Under the pieces are notes generated by a model. That model searched no databases. It was not told the origin of the DNA and was given only the letters and a program-made list of their open reading frames with translations. Source: Phoronis australis (Eukaryota; Animalia; Phoronida). From it: a stretch of DNA of 64,000 nt. Location of the stretch: contig NMRA01000308.1 of assembly GCA_002633005.1 (NCBI GenBank), forward strand, positions 352,455-416,454. Reading direction: 5' to 3'. A program made the position numbers and the translations under genes. This document shows, in pieces, positions 49,801 through 59,735 of the stretch (the first letter of the stretch is position 1; every line of letters begins with the position of its first letter).

Positions 49801-52204
49801 TGGACTGAAAGCATCTTATCTATAGTCAAGAAGCCGCACTCATACCTTTCTTCTACCTCTTTCTTGTGTTCCAACAACTTTCTGGTTTCTTCCTCAAAGT
49901 CTACACTAGCGTTACTTATCTTAGGACTAGTATCTCCAGCTGCAACATCTATGCTGGTCGATCTAAGAACAAAAGATGCACAGGGATCATTATGAACAAG
50001 TATTAAGAATGACAACATGAACCACACATACCATGGAAGGTCACTTTACATTTTAACCTAAGTTTCAGTACCACTGACTTAGAACTTGGTAAATCTATCA
50101 AAACTGCGCCAGAAATATAATCAATTTGGCTTGAGACAGTGTGAACAATACTGACTCTACTCTGACCGCCTGCGCTCGGTTTGACCACAGATACTGTATA
50201 CTATGATCTGACACACTTGACAATTACATCACTAACAAAATACTGTGTGTGAAATTTCATACGGGTCATAATGAAGAATTACTTTTGTGATACAGCTGAC
50301 AGCTATATATAGCCACAGTAAGCTTCTTAAGATAGATGTTGAATATCAGTTTATGTTTATGCTACCTTGGACACAATTTTGATTAGTTATAAGAAAAAAA
50401 ACAACAAATGAAAGTGAAAACCATCCACTTCATTTCTCGGCCACGTTCCTGAAACTTTTGTTTATAAAAGCATCACCAAAGTTGCTCGTTTTTAATAGAC
50501 TTATTTGTCCTTCTGGACAGTTTTCACAGACACCCAACATTTTGGAAGGAACAATATCTTTAACTGAATGACAAGTCATGGTACTCCTGTAAACATCTAT
50601 GCTGCCACCTCCCAGTGTGGCTGACAGACAGGTGACTTCCTATAATAACCCTTTTTATGTTTCCGTTTGACCTTGAAGACACTGACTGTACTTGACTGTA
50701 CTGGCTTTCAATCTTCAATTAAATAAAGAACTACCGTATTTGCCGTAATAAGCGCCCAGGGCGCTTAGAAAAGTTCGGTTCAGGGGGGGGGGGCGCTTAT
50801 TATAACCCAAGGCGGTTGAAACCCGGTCTCCAAAACGGGTGAAATCGGAAGTTAAGATTCATCAAATTTACGCTCTGTGACGTATCTGTAATCTATGAAA
50901 GACTTTCAACAAAACTGTAGTGCCTTGCTATCAAACTTTGCTGCTAAATTACGATCATTTTACAGAAAATTGTGCTGAAATCCCAGGGCGAAAACTCGCC
51001 GACTGACTGCCTCGAAATCGCCGTCTTCGATATGACGACTTCAATGCTTGAATAAAAATGGTTTCGACTCAAGCAAATTACCTGAAATCCTCATTAAGTT
51101 TTATAAGTAGCGTCTCTTAGATTTTTGAAGTTCCCGTGGAGTCTGGATTAACGGAAGGTTTAAGTACAAATCTGTGCAACATCGTGCCATCTACATGTAT
51201 GATCGGTAACACTGCGAGAAAAATGTTGCGTTCTTTTTGAAGTGCTGCGTTACCTTGAAGTGTAAAGTCACGGCTAAATACAAACTAGCAGTGCCGCTGG
51301 TGGTCTAGAAGACCCGTGCAAAATTTTTTTGATAAGTTGAAGACGTTACTGTAGCCGAGTTTTAGGACTGTAGGTACGTCATTGTTCGCATGTACACGTT
51401 CATGGACTGGGCGCTTATTTCAGCAAATTCTGAAAACGCGTGGGGGGGAGCTTATAGGGGCATGGGCGGTTATTACGGCGAATACGGTACTCTAAAATGT
51501 TGATTGCTGGATTATTTGTTCAAGATGGGAAGAGTATAAGGACATTCTGTCCTGTCCTGTCTAGGCATTTTCCATCCACTGCAGGATGTAGCCCTCCTAC
51601 AATGCCTTCCAATTTGTTCGGTCTATTGCTGCTCTCATCATGGTTTCCATTGACAGGCATTGACATGCATATGTCCCAAAAAGAAAGTGGAAAACAGAGC
51701 CTGGATGCTTTCAAACGTTCTAGATATGATCGATAAGTTACAGTAATTACCATCACCATGTGACCTAATGAATAAAGTCACTCTATTGACAATTATCCCC
51801 CTAGTGAAACTGAAAAGTTGATAGAACCCATCCTCCTGAGTCCTGACCATGTGACACTCAGGCTGCAAAAATCATTCTCCAAAGCAATAGGGATGTTTAC
51901 AGGCAACATGTCTTAGATGGGTTAGTCAGCTGGTCAGTATGAGCCATAATTTGTTGAAAAACTTTCAGGGTATGGCGGCCATGTGAGAAGACTAATCCTC
52001 TGCGCCAACTGCGATGGCCCAGTTCAGACGGTGGCACCGTCCGCCCACTTCTGTGTGTGGCTGTGACGATCGATGGTGAAGACGTGCGAAAGGGCGAACA
52101 CTGTGTGTGATAATTGTGTTAATTACCGGTAAATTATACCTAATTTTCAGGGGAGAATCGTCTTCTGCATCAAAAAACTCTTCAGATTCACTCTCTGATG
52201 ACAT
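28637..52204 (-). CDS. WDR44: WD repeat-containing protein 44 (Rabphilin-11, Rab11 effector), complete 20-exon CDS, ~944 aa
   Basis: Hand-assembled GT-AG exons: 52204-52140, 49962-49846, 49285-49162, 48215-47646, 46621-46436, 45937-45758, 44690-44554, 42815-42732, 42278-42217, 41291-41227, 40375-40298, 39556-39412, 38498-38425, 37700-37602, 36737-36615, 34795-34604, 33485-33384, 32903-32788, 30514-30387, 28824-28637. Total 2835 nt and all phases match. Diagnostic WDR44 motifs: N-terminal [175 protein letters not shown]. Confidence 0.95.
29490..30070 (-). mobile_element. Degenerate HINE-like core repeats in WDR44 intron 19
   Basis: Reverse complement shares motifs with the 56.9-59.7 kb modules (gccactaggggg, aaatttcatgaaa, gatccga). 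Confidence 0.5.
30387..30514 (-). CDS. WDR44: WDR44 exon 19 (DGKYICCGSEDRLVYIW...RRDRNIYWEAF)
   Basis: Conserved peptide; phase 2-1. Confidence 0.93.
30626..30835. repeat. 43-44-bp minisatellite, ~5 copies
   Basis: AACCATGTGTGAGTGAAAGGTGTTTCACAAGTACACTGTGCAC. Confidence 0.95.
32658..32710. repeat. 14-bp tandem repeat, ~4 copies
   Basis: GAGGCTGTGGTGTA. Confidence 0.9.
32788..32903 (-). CDS. WDR44: WDR44 exon 18 ([17 protein letters not shown]...SSQIRASFS)
   Basis: Conserved peptide; gtgagc donor. Confidence 0.95.
33384..33485 (-). CDS. WDR44: WDR44 exon 17 (QLKYYTVINVRSTRGKNAKGHKITGIESLPGEDK)
   Basis: Conserved peptide; canonical splice sites. Confidence 0.95.
33566..33808. repeat. 22-bp minisatellite, ~11 copies
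   Basis: TAACTACAGCCTGTTAGAAATA. Confidence 0.95.
34604..34795 (-). CDS. WDR44: WDR44 exon 16 ([24 protein letters not shown]...GTYDGRCIFYNTE)
   Basis: Conserved peptide; canonical splice sites. Confidence 0.95.
34854..35083. mobile_element. Short hAT-like MITE in a WDR44 intron
   Basis: CAGTGGTGGATTTAGGG ... CCTGGATCCACCCCTG inverted ends; a related 3' end occurs at ~19930-19968. Confidence 0.6.
36615..36737 (-). CDS. WDR44: WDR44 exon 15 ([17 protein letters not shown]...AFHPR)
   Basis: Very close to the vertebrate WDR44 peptide; canonical splice sites. Confidence 0.95.
37602..37700 (-). CDS. WDR44: WDR44 exon 14 ([24 protein letters not shown])
   Basis: Conserved WD40 GH motif; canonical splice sites. 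Confidence 0.93.
37939..38272. mobile_element. Kolobok-like MITE in a WDR44 intron
   Basis: TTAA|AGGTGCATTTCACCCTGTCTAGCTG ... CAGCTAAACAGGGCAAAATGCAGCT|TGAA. Confidence 0.7.
38425..38498 (-). CDS. WDR44: WDR44 exon 13 (RAGPTPTQDGVATVTEDTASISDE)
   Basis: aag acceptor, gtttgt donor; phase 1-0 is needed to join exons 12 and 14. Confidence 0.75.
38805..39398. repeat. Compound minisatellite: ~63-bp unit (~6 copies) joined to a ~31-bp unit (~7 copies)
   Basis: CTTACATGTGAAAATAAC...GTTGTGCGTGTTTTTCTTGGCT, then TGTGTAGCACACTCACAACCATGTTGTGC. Confidence 0.92.
39412..39556 (-). CDS. WDR44: WDR44 exon 12 (first WD40 repeat)
   Basis: [30 protein letters not shown]; canonical splice sites. Confidence 0.93.
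39792..39867. repeat. 19-bp tandem repeat, ~4 copies
   Basis: TTATAACCAGTAAGTGCAC. Confidence 0.9.
40298..40375 (-). CDS. WDR44: WDR44 exon 11 ([21 protein letters not shown])
   Basis: ttcag / gtagga splice sites; conserved KGPyDF and QDLSGEH motifs. Confidence 0.9.
41227..41291 (-). CDS. WDR44: WDR44 exon 10 (LHGDETSSEDEELPDSQRLFR)
   Basis: ttccag / gtatgc splice sites, phase 1-0; equivalent to the conserved SSSDDE stretch. Confidence 0.8.
41652..41960. repeat. 17-bp minisatellite, ~18 copies
   Basis: AAATCAACTTGAGAG(T/C)A. Confidence 0.96.
42217..42278 (-). CDS. WDR44: WDR44 exon 9 (KRLKKLFGRTVHKIKSVTDE)
   Basis: ttcag / gtaagt splice sites, phase 2-1. Confidence 0.85.
42732..42815 (-). 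CDS. WDR44: WDR44 exon 8
   Basis: ttcag / gtatgt splice sites, 84 nt, phase 2-2, GNLGATNEDDTKSIDS. Confidence 0.75.
44554..44690 (-). CDS. WDR44: WDR44 exon 7 (Rab11-binding region [41 protein letters not shown])
   Basis: ctgcag / gtaaat splice sites; conserved NLDTGExIPLS and NPLxxHI motifs. Confidence 0.92.
45021..45192. repeat. 34-bp perfect tandem repeat, 5 copies
   Basis: GTATTCATGTAAACAACACACGGTGCTAAGACCA. Confidence 0.96.
45758..45937 (-). CDS. WDR44: WDR44 exon 6 (…[13 protein letters not shown])
   Basis: 180 nt; matches the conserved RPRSNSGRELTDEE motif; gtaata donor. Confidence 0.9.
46436..46621 (-). CDS. WDR44: WDR44 exon 5 (TPTSTVESLTKDLE...SLDIEEATSG)
   Basis: ctttag / gttaga splice sites, 186 nt, phase 0-0. 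Confidence 0.85.
46776..47208. repeat. 54-bp minisatellite, 8 copies
   Basis: CTCAATATACAGCTGTTTACATAGGCTATATGGTGAAGTGACAGTCACACATAA. Confidence 0.96.
47646..48215 (-). CDS. WDR44: WDR44 exon 4 (190 aa, ends PDIVKST...PPVAPPRRKKK)
   Basis: ttcag acceptor, 570-nt open frame, PDIV and proline-rich PPxxPPRRK motif, gtttgt donor. Confidence 0.85.
48808..48935. repeat. ~32-bp tandem repeat, ~4 copies
   Basis: CACTCACTACATTCATACATACAATGCATGAA. Confidence 0.88.
49162..49285 (-). CDS. WDR44: WDR44 exon 3 (charged, coiled-coil-like RKQEEQEIEEQLAALERKKQEEAE)
   Basis: ctttag acceptor, open frame, phase 2-0; an alternative in-frame donor 9 nt further on is possible. Confidence 0.75.
49846..49962 (-). 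CDS. WDR44: WDR44 exon 2 (STSIDVAAGD...KKEVEER)
   Basis: ttag acceptor, gtatga donor, 117 nt, phase 2-2. Confidence 0.75.
50734..51487. mobile_element. Tc1/mariner-pogo-type MITE (TA TSD) in WDR44 intron 1
   Basis: TA|CCGTATTTGCCGTAATAAGCGCCC ... GGGCGGTTATTACGGCGAATACGG|TA. Confidence 0.85.
52140..52204 (-). CDS. WDR44: WDR44 coding exon 1 ([21 protein letters not shown], FFAT motif)
   Basis: ATG at 52204; resembles the vertebrate WDR44 N-terminus; donor AG|gtataa, phase 2. Confidence 0.9.
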
Positions 52205-52506
52205 TTTCGTAAGGATACATTGACAGAATCACAACTCAATTTCAGGCTTTGTAGGAGGTTCCGCTCACACGAAAAGAAACAACTTCGAGAGTGCCTCACC
52301 TATAAACAATAATACCACCAGCAGGGCTTCAAATTATAGCAAATGTGGGAACCAATAGACATATATCAGTAGATTTTGTCCATTGTATTTTGAGGTGTAC
52401 ATACCCGTGACATCGGTGTAATATGTCTTCTGCTTGTAGTCGACGAAATGTTTCTTCTTCTTTTTAGTTAGAGTAAGCGGCCTCACACACCCTGCGTCGA
52501 TCCAAG
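52205..52506. promoter_or_regulatory. Putative bidirectional promoter / 5' UTRs shared by WDR44 and FMR1
   Basis: Only 302 bp between divergent start codons; CCAAT at ~52352; CpG dinucleotides retained. Confidence 0.7.
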
Positions 52507-52557
52507 ATGGATGAACTTGAAGTCGAAGTTTGTGGTTGTAATGGCGTGTTTTATCGG
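52507..52557 (+). CDS. FMR1: Fragile X messenger ribonucleoprotein family (FMR1/FXR) coding exon 1, MDELEVEVCGCNGVFYR
   Basis: Matches the FMR1 N-terminus MEELVVEVRGSNGAFYK; 51 coding nt followed by a gtaatc donor, the same intron position as in human FMR1; start context AAGATGG. Confidence 0.9.
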
Positions 52558-55423
52558 GTAATCGAAACGTAAATTTTGATTAAAGGCGTTTTTAGTAAAA
52601 TCATTGTATTATAGAAGTATCGGCGCAACATGATGCCTAGTTTTACGTTGAAGATTGGTTGAATTGTTCTGTCAAAGTGAAAAATTAGCTACCTTTTTGT
52701 GGGAATTAATGTCAAGTATTCCAAGAAATTTGCCAATTTGATCAATTGTTATGTGAATGAGTGACAGATTTCGTTATTGAAAATGTGAGAACAAATCCAT
52801 TGTTAACAATCATTGTTGATTCAGGTCACTTTTACCAGTGTTTACGTCTGAGTTGGATTTAGTCCCTAATTTGAGAACCGGTTTCTTGCACTTATTAATA
52901 GAATTGTAGGCACTGCCACTGGTCTGGTGACTGGTCGGATATAGCAGTGCCTGATTTTGAGAATAAGTTTCATCCACTAAGTAACAGGCCCGTTATTCAG
53001 TGATTGCCTGGTTCTCTAAATCAGGGACCACTAGTATATATATGTCCAGTGCCCTGATGCTTCCTTCAAATTTCAAATCAATGTTAGTGAACTCAAGAGT
53101 TGGACTAGCCCCTCAGTTTGCCGGTTAGGGGCTATAATACGGATTTCGTCCTGTGTACTTTAAATGGGCGGTAGGCCAAACCCGGTTACTGATTGGGAGT
53201 TTTCACTTTGTCAAAAATACGTTGTACTCTTAAAACTATGACTTAAACTTTCTTCAGTGTTCCTTTCTACTTCTACACATATCTTCGATGAAGTATAGCT
53301 ACGGCAATTAAGGTAACTTTGGTGAAGAATTCCGACTTTTTGGTCATTGTTAACTTTTTCACCACGTGCGCGATAACCACAAAGTATTTCAACAGAGTTA
53401 CGTGAGTTAGGCAAAGGCAGCAGGCTTTATCCAGGATTTGTCCAAAATGGGGTTCCCAATATTCCAAGGCATCCATGATTCCAACTACGCGTTATCCTCA
53501 CTCCACCACCATCATTCACGAGTAACCCCTTCCCCCCACACACAGTGAGGTTTTTTTACAAAAAAATGCATTGAACAAGGCTTTTACATCTAAGTTTACA
53601 AAAACAGCTCCCTTGTAGTGAGCTTTAAATTACTAAAAAAAACTGAGTGAATCAAGACGTACATGTCTAAATTTATGAAAACGGCCAAATAGTTTATTAA
53701 ACAGGTATTGCAGATATTGCGATAAGAGCATTGTTTTTGGTGATCTCAAGTCAAATTATTGTTATAAAGTTGATCATATCTTCTTACCTTGCTTTAATAT
53801 TCTGTACAATGAGTTTCCAACACAAGAAAAATGCACAGATGATGTGTGGTATATATTTTGGCAACAGGTGTCACTGCTGCTCCATATTAAGATGCACATA
53901 GAAAAGAATGAAATGGGCGCAAACTCAAATATTTTAAATGCGCATATTTTTGTAGCACATCGCTTTTGATGTTTTTAAAAAAGATGAAAAACATGAAAGT
54001 ACAGCTCTGAAACACCAGTTTGGAGTTAACTAAGGTTGGTGTCCCCGTATAAAGTACTGAATTGCAGTGAGATATAAGACCGCTGAAAGCAGAGACACTC
54101 TGGCAACCACACAGGTAGTAATGATTGACATGTGTACTAAATACTTTGAAAATAGTTTGAACATTGTAACTTTGTATATTCCTTTCTGAGATGAAAAGGA
54201 CAACTTCTCTCTTGAACAATAGCACATCTTTCATTAACTGGGACTCCTAGTAATCTTACAATGTGGGTGTCCAAACAGGAGAAATTCTGATTGATGGGCA
54301 TCCAAATGATACATTGGGCGTCCTTGCCAGGGTGTCCAGATTAATGCTAGGGCATCCAAATGGACATACTTTGCATGAAAGCCTGAAAGGCAGTAGCGCG
54401 TGACTGAGCGAAGCATTTGACACTTGCAAATAGCATGGGAAGGTATCAGGTGAAATTTGTAAGATTTGTTTGCCATGGACTTTTTATTTGTCAGCATGCG
54501 TGATTTCACGTAACTTCCTCAAAATGGCACCCAGTAAGAGAAACTCGAGCAAACTGTGGCAGATTTTCATTGATTTGTTCAAATTATCTTGACTGAATCA
54601 CCTCCAGACTTATGGTATGTTTAATAATAACTCCATGTGCATATATGCTTGTTTCATTTGATTTTATATTCTGTATTTTGAAATTCTTAACTTTTTGTTG
54701 GGATGTACTATCGCCCCAGTATGCCTGCAGCATCCAGGGCGATGTAATTGCCTGTAGTTGGACTTACATACTATGCTCTGTATATGCTGGAAGTCTCAGC
54801 GCATAAATCCTTTTTAACACAGGAGTGCTAGGGATATTTTTTCTGCTTCCTACACCTAGAGTAGGTGCAAGTGGTAAAAGTGATAGTTGTAGTTTTTGTT
54901 AGCTTCATGGCAGAAAGCTGCATTGATAGGCACACTGGATTGTTCAATTGTGACTTTAATCCCTTTGACCTTATGAAAGCTTTTCTGGATTGTTCAATTG
55001 TGACTATAATCCCTTTGACCTTATGAAAGCTTTTCTGATTCTAATGTAGCATCCTATTTCTTTAGAGTGTATGGCCATTTACTATAGATGTATTTAGGAA
55101 CAAAGCAATGCCCACTTTCTGAATTTATTGATGGTTAATGGTCAACTGTATTGGAGGTCACACTGACACTGTTTAGTTCTAGCATGAAGTGAGACATTTA
55201 ACTTTTAAATCCGAGCGCAGTTACATTTCATGAATATGTGTCGGAACAATTGCACAGCTTTATATAAAACCAAATTTCTGCAGAAAAAAAATCGACCTGA
55301 TTTCTAAACATGAAAAATCTGTCATTCACAGTCTGTAGACTGAATTTACTTTGAACTGATTGTGCATTATAGGTTGTAAAATTTACTAAACAGTCTTTAC
55401 TTGCATTTCATGTATATTTTCAG

Positions 55424-55476
55424 GTGTTTGTAAAAGATGTTCATAGTGATGGTCTCACGGTGGCATTTGAAAATAA
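55424..55476 (+). CDS. FMR1: FMR1/FXR coding exon 2, VFVKDVHSDGLTVAFEN(N) (Agenet/Tudor 1); gene continues beyond the window
   Basis: ttttcag acceptor, gtaagt donor, 53 nt like human exon 2 (AFVKDVHEDSITVAFENN). No exon 3 was recognised before 64000. Confidence 0.9.
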
Positions 55477-56915
55477 GTAAGTAACAGGATTATATTTACT
55501 TGTAGAATAAGTAAGTAAGACAATGACTGACACTTATTGCCCAGTTCAATCTTTGTTGAAGCAAGGGTCAATTTTTAGCACTAGATGTATCCAGCTATTG
55601 TGCGCTTACTTTATTCATCAACGAACAAAAAAGGTTTAACTATTCACACAACAGACAAAGTGCGTATTCCAGATGTGAAATACCTGTTCATGTATTTTTG
55701 AACTTCATGTTGTAGTTGTGTTGTACATTCCACTAATTGACTCCGCAGTGCTCGATTTGGTGACCTGCAGGTCACCGATGTGACCTCAGATTGTGTTTGG
55801 CGACCTTGGAAAAATCTCACAGTTGTCATTGCAAGAATCAAAGCCAGATCATTAACTTTGATTCACAATTGTTCCGTTAATTTCGTGCAAACAGTGCATT
55901 TGCCCACAGCAGTCAACACAAATCAAACACGCACTTAAATTCCAACAGGAAGTAAACAGATTGTTCAGCAAAAATCGGGCAAGATCTGTGAAATATGTGC
56001 CACCAGTTTATGTGGTGGTGTGTTATCTATGTTTGTTTATTGGAGGGAGGAATTGAGTTAGAGAATGAATGAACATTCATGGGGAGATACTGGAGAGGAA
56101 TTCTCAAGATACTGAGTGTGCATGCTACGACCTCTACAAAGATTACATTTGGCAACCTGGGATTTTGGCAACCTCAGATCTTGTTTAGTGACCTGGGATT
56201 TTTGCCACATTGCCAAGTGCGACTTGGCGTTAAGCTAAGCGTTGAGCGCTGCACTGTAGTTAGTGCTTCTCACAGTTCATGGCATAAATTGGTTTAGTGA
56301 CATCATCAACCAAATTGTGATCAAACCTCAATACGTCGCAGCTGAGATACAACCAGGTAAGCTAGAGTGCATGCTTCACTCTTGATATTCCTCAGCTTAT
56401 TGTGTGTGTGATGTCACCAACTTGTTCCATATTAGTATACTGAAGGGATGATAACAGCAGGCAGTTGTTGGGATGGGCTTTTGATTTTTTACGTTGTATG
56501 AACATTAAGTATAAGTTAAACATCTGGGTCTATAGTTTTTAGAGTTGGAATGCCTTGCCCTGTATTTCTAAGATTTGAATGGAAAAGTCTCTTTTTAGTC
56601 ATTTCAGTTTTAAGCACTCCAGATTATTGTCTTAGAATGAGGAACATTGAATGGGTTATCTTCCATTTTTGTCCGAACTGTCAAGATATGTTTTTCCCAT
56701 AATTGCTCAGCTGTAATGACGTTTGTATAAAATGTGTGGAAGCCTTTAGATATTTCTGTTCATTAGCAATAATTTCTGACTGTGAACACACTGCCATTTG
56801 AAAACCAGCTTGAGAGCTTTCTATTTTTATGTTCTGGAATGTTTGGTTAACTTTTTGTCAAGTTCCTTTGACTACCACTAGATTTTCTAGACCATGACAA
56901 ACCCCAAGGTTCTGC

Positions 56916-59735
56916 ATTTTTGTGCGCCCATATATTAATATGTGGGTGCATATTGCCATCATCTCTGTCTGTACGGGCGTCCGTCGTCCGCAGCTGTATC
57001 TCCTAAACTCCTCATAGGATCCTGATGAGATTTGGAAGATGTGTTCCTATGAAGTTGACGACGAATGATGAGTTTAGGATGGATCCGACTGCTGGTGTGC
57101 CTTTAATGGCACTTTTAGATTTGATGTTAACCTCTGTATTTTCAAAGGTACTCAACTGATTTTCATGAAATTTGGCACATAGGCATCTATTAATGAGATA
57201 AGGCTAACCTTCTGTTTTCAGATGGATTCGACGTATTTTGTGCCATGTAGTGGCCATTTTTATTGTTATTGAGTCTGTTTTTTGGCGTCTGCCCTTCTAT
57301 CAACCAAACCACTCTTAGAATGATTGTGAAAATTGGCATGTACGTATGTTCATACTGTGAAGAGGATGGTTGACGATAATTTTCCGATGAGTTCGACTAC
57401 TGTGGGGCCTCCTAGTGATACTTTTGTTTGATTTTGGGCTCGTGACTATATCATCAACGCTCTTCAGGAACTTTTATTATTAAATTTAGCAAGTATGTTT
57501 CTATAAAGTTGACTACAGAAGACGACGACTTTCGGACTGATCGGACTACTGGTATGCCCCCTTGTGGCAATTTTAGTTTTTTACGTTTACCTCTGCATCT
57601 TCAAAAGTCCTCAACAGATTTTCATAAAATTTTGTAGATAGGCTTCTTTTAGTGAGGTGACGCTTTCCTTCCATTTTCGGATGGATTTGGGGTGGTCATT
57701 TTTGGCATCCGCCTCTCTATCAATCAAACCACTCAAAGGATGATTTTAAAAATTGCCATATGCTTGTAGTGTGAAGAGGATGGTTGACGATGATTTTCTG
57801 ACGTCTTTGACTACTGTAGTGTCTCCTTGTGTCAGTTTTGTTTTTTTTGCGTCCTTAGGTCTATCTCCTAAACTCACTACAGGATCTTTATTAAATTTAG
57901 CAAGTGTATTTTTATGAATTGGACAACGAATGACGCCGACTTTCAGATGGATCAAAAAAAAGCTGAGCCCCCATTTTTTCCGTTTTCCTCTGTTTCTCTG
58001 AAATTCATGACGGATTTTAATGAAATTGGGTTAATAGCTTTCCATTAAAGAAATGATGACATGTTGCCATTTTCAGATGGATTCGACACATTTTGCACCA
58101 TCTAGTGGCCATTTTTAGGATACAAACACCCCTATAAGCACATGGCTTTCAGTGCATGCGTGGGTGCATTTCAAAGCTCCATATTGCTCTTGCTATTTAA
58201 TTATACCTGTGGTCTTGGTGATGCTGCTCACCCCTATGTTGGCACCTGCTGCTACACTACTACATGTATGCTGGTGTATATACCAAGCTCACTTATTCTC
58301 TGGCTCCATCCCTCCCACTACCACATACTCTCTATACAAGTAATCACCATATCTTTTTGCACATGTTACATAGGGGAATCCAAGTTCAATCATTTTATGT
58401 AACTATACACATATGCACACAAACACACATACACACATATGCTGTCATCCTTTTCTATCCGTCTGGCATCCTTCCAGCATCCATTGTTCGTTGCTCTATC
58501 TCCAAAACCACTGGATGGATATTCATGAAATTTAGTAGATTTATCCCTGTCATGGATGGAATACCACGGCTGCATTTTTGGACGGATCCGATTACCAGTC
58601 GCAATTTTAATTTTTATGCTTGCCACTTGTATGTTTGAATTCAATGTACTTTGTGCCACTTAGTGGCCATTTTTACTGTTTTCGATTCTGTTTGTTTCGA
58701 TTTTATTTTTTGGTTTCTGCCTATCTCACAACTAAACCACTCTGATTTATGTGTTCCTACTGTGAAGAACACGACTGACAGCTCCAACTATTGTGACGTC
58801 GTCTAGTGGCAGTTTTGTTTTTTTGCTGGTATCTCCGAAGCTCTCTGTAGGATCTTTTTTAAATTTGGCAAGCATATTTCTGTCTTTGAAGATGGCAACA
58901 GATGATTACGACTATTAGTCGAATCCTATACCCGCTGTACCCCCTAGTGGCAATATATTTTTTTCGTTTTCCTGCCTGTCTTTGGAGTTCCTCTTCAGGG
59001 TTTCATGAAATTTGACAACTGTTCGTTTTCGTTTTCAAATGGATTTGGTGCAATGTATGCCGCCTTGTGGTCATTTTTACCATTTTTTTCGAGTTGTTGC
59101 CTCTCTGTCAGTCAAACCCCTTTGAGGATCATTATGAAAATGGGCATGGGATTCATCTGGGAAGTACATGGCTGATGATGAATTTCGGACATGTCCGACT
59201 GCTGTGGTGCCCTCTAGTGGCAATGTTGTTTTTTGCCTGTGCCCAATATCTATCCTTGATGAATGTTCAAGAAATTTGTATGTTTTCTTTTAGAACTGAT
59301 TTGGGTTTTGGGTCAAATAGGATTTTTGCAAAGTTCCTTGTGTTAGTTTTTATTTTTTTGTGAATGTGTTGATTTAGATCAAGTTCTTTCATGAATGTTG
59401 ATGAAGTTTTTTAAATACGTTACTATCACTTAGACAACAGCAAAAACCCTGTTTCACACAAATTCGACATATGGTGTGCCCCTTATTGGCCTTTTTGTTG
59501 TCTATGTGTAAGTTCTTTATTGCCCGCCTCTCTGTCCTCCAAACTTTTTGAAGAGTTTGATGAATGGTGGCATGTTTATTCCTATTGTGTAGAACATAAC
59601 TGATCTGCTGTTTAAGTTCACTACCAAATTGTTTCCATTAATGGAAATACTTAAAGTAATTGTCATCCTGGTGTCCACGCTGTATGCCATGCACACAGTA
59701 GGCCCATATCAATGCTCTGCAGTGCTGTGATTTAA
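56916..59735 (+). mobile_element. Two adjacent Helentron-associated (HINE/DINE-1/pearl-like) non-autonomous elements with degenerate internal tandem modules, in FMR1 intron 2
   Basis: T-run start, GCGCCCATA..TGTGGGTGCA inverted motif, GTCT/GTCC microsatellite-like tract, recurring GATTTTCATGAAATTTGGCA / CCTCTAGTGGC modules; GTGGGTGCAT recurs at ~58160; a second element starts at ~58393. Confidence 0.6.
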
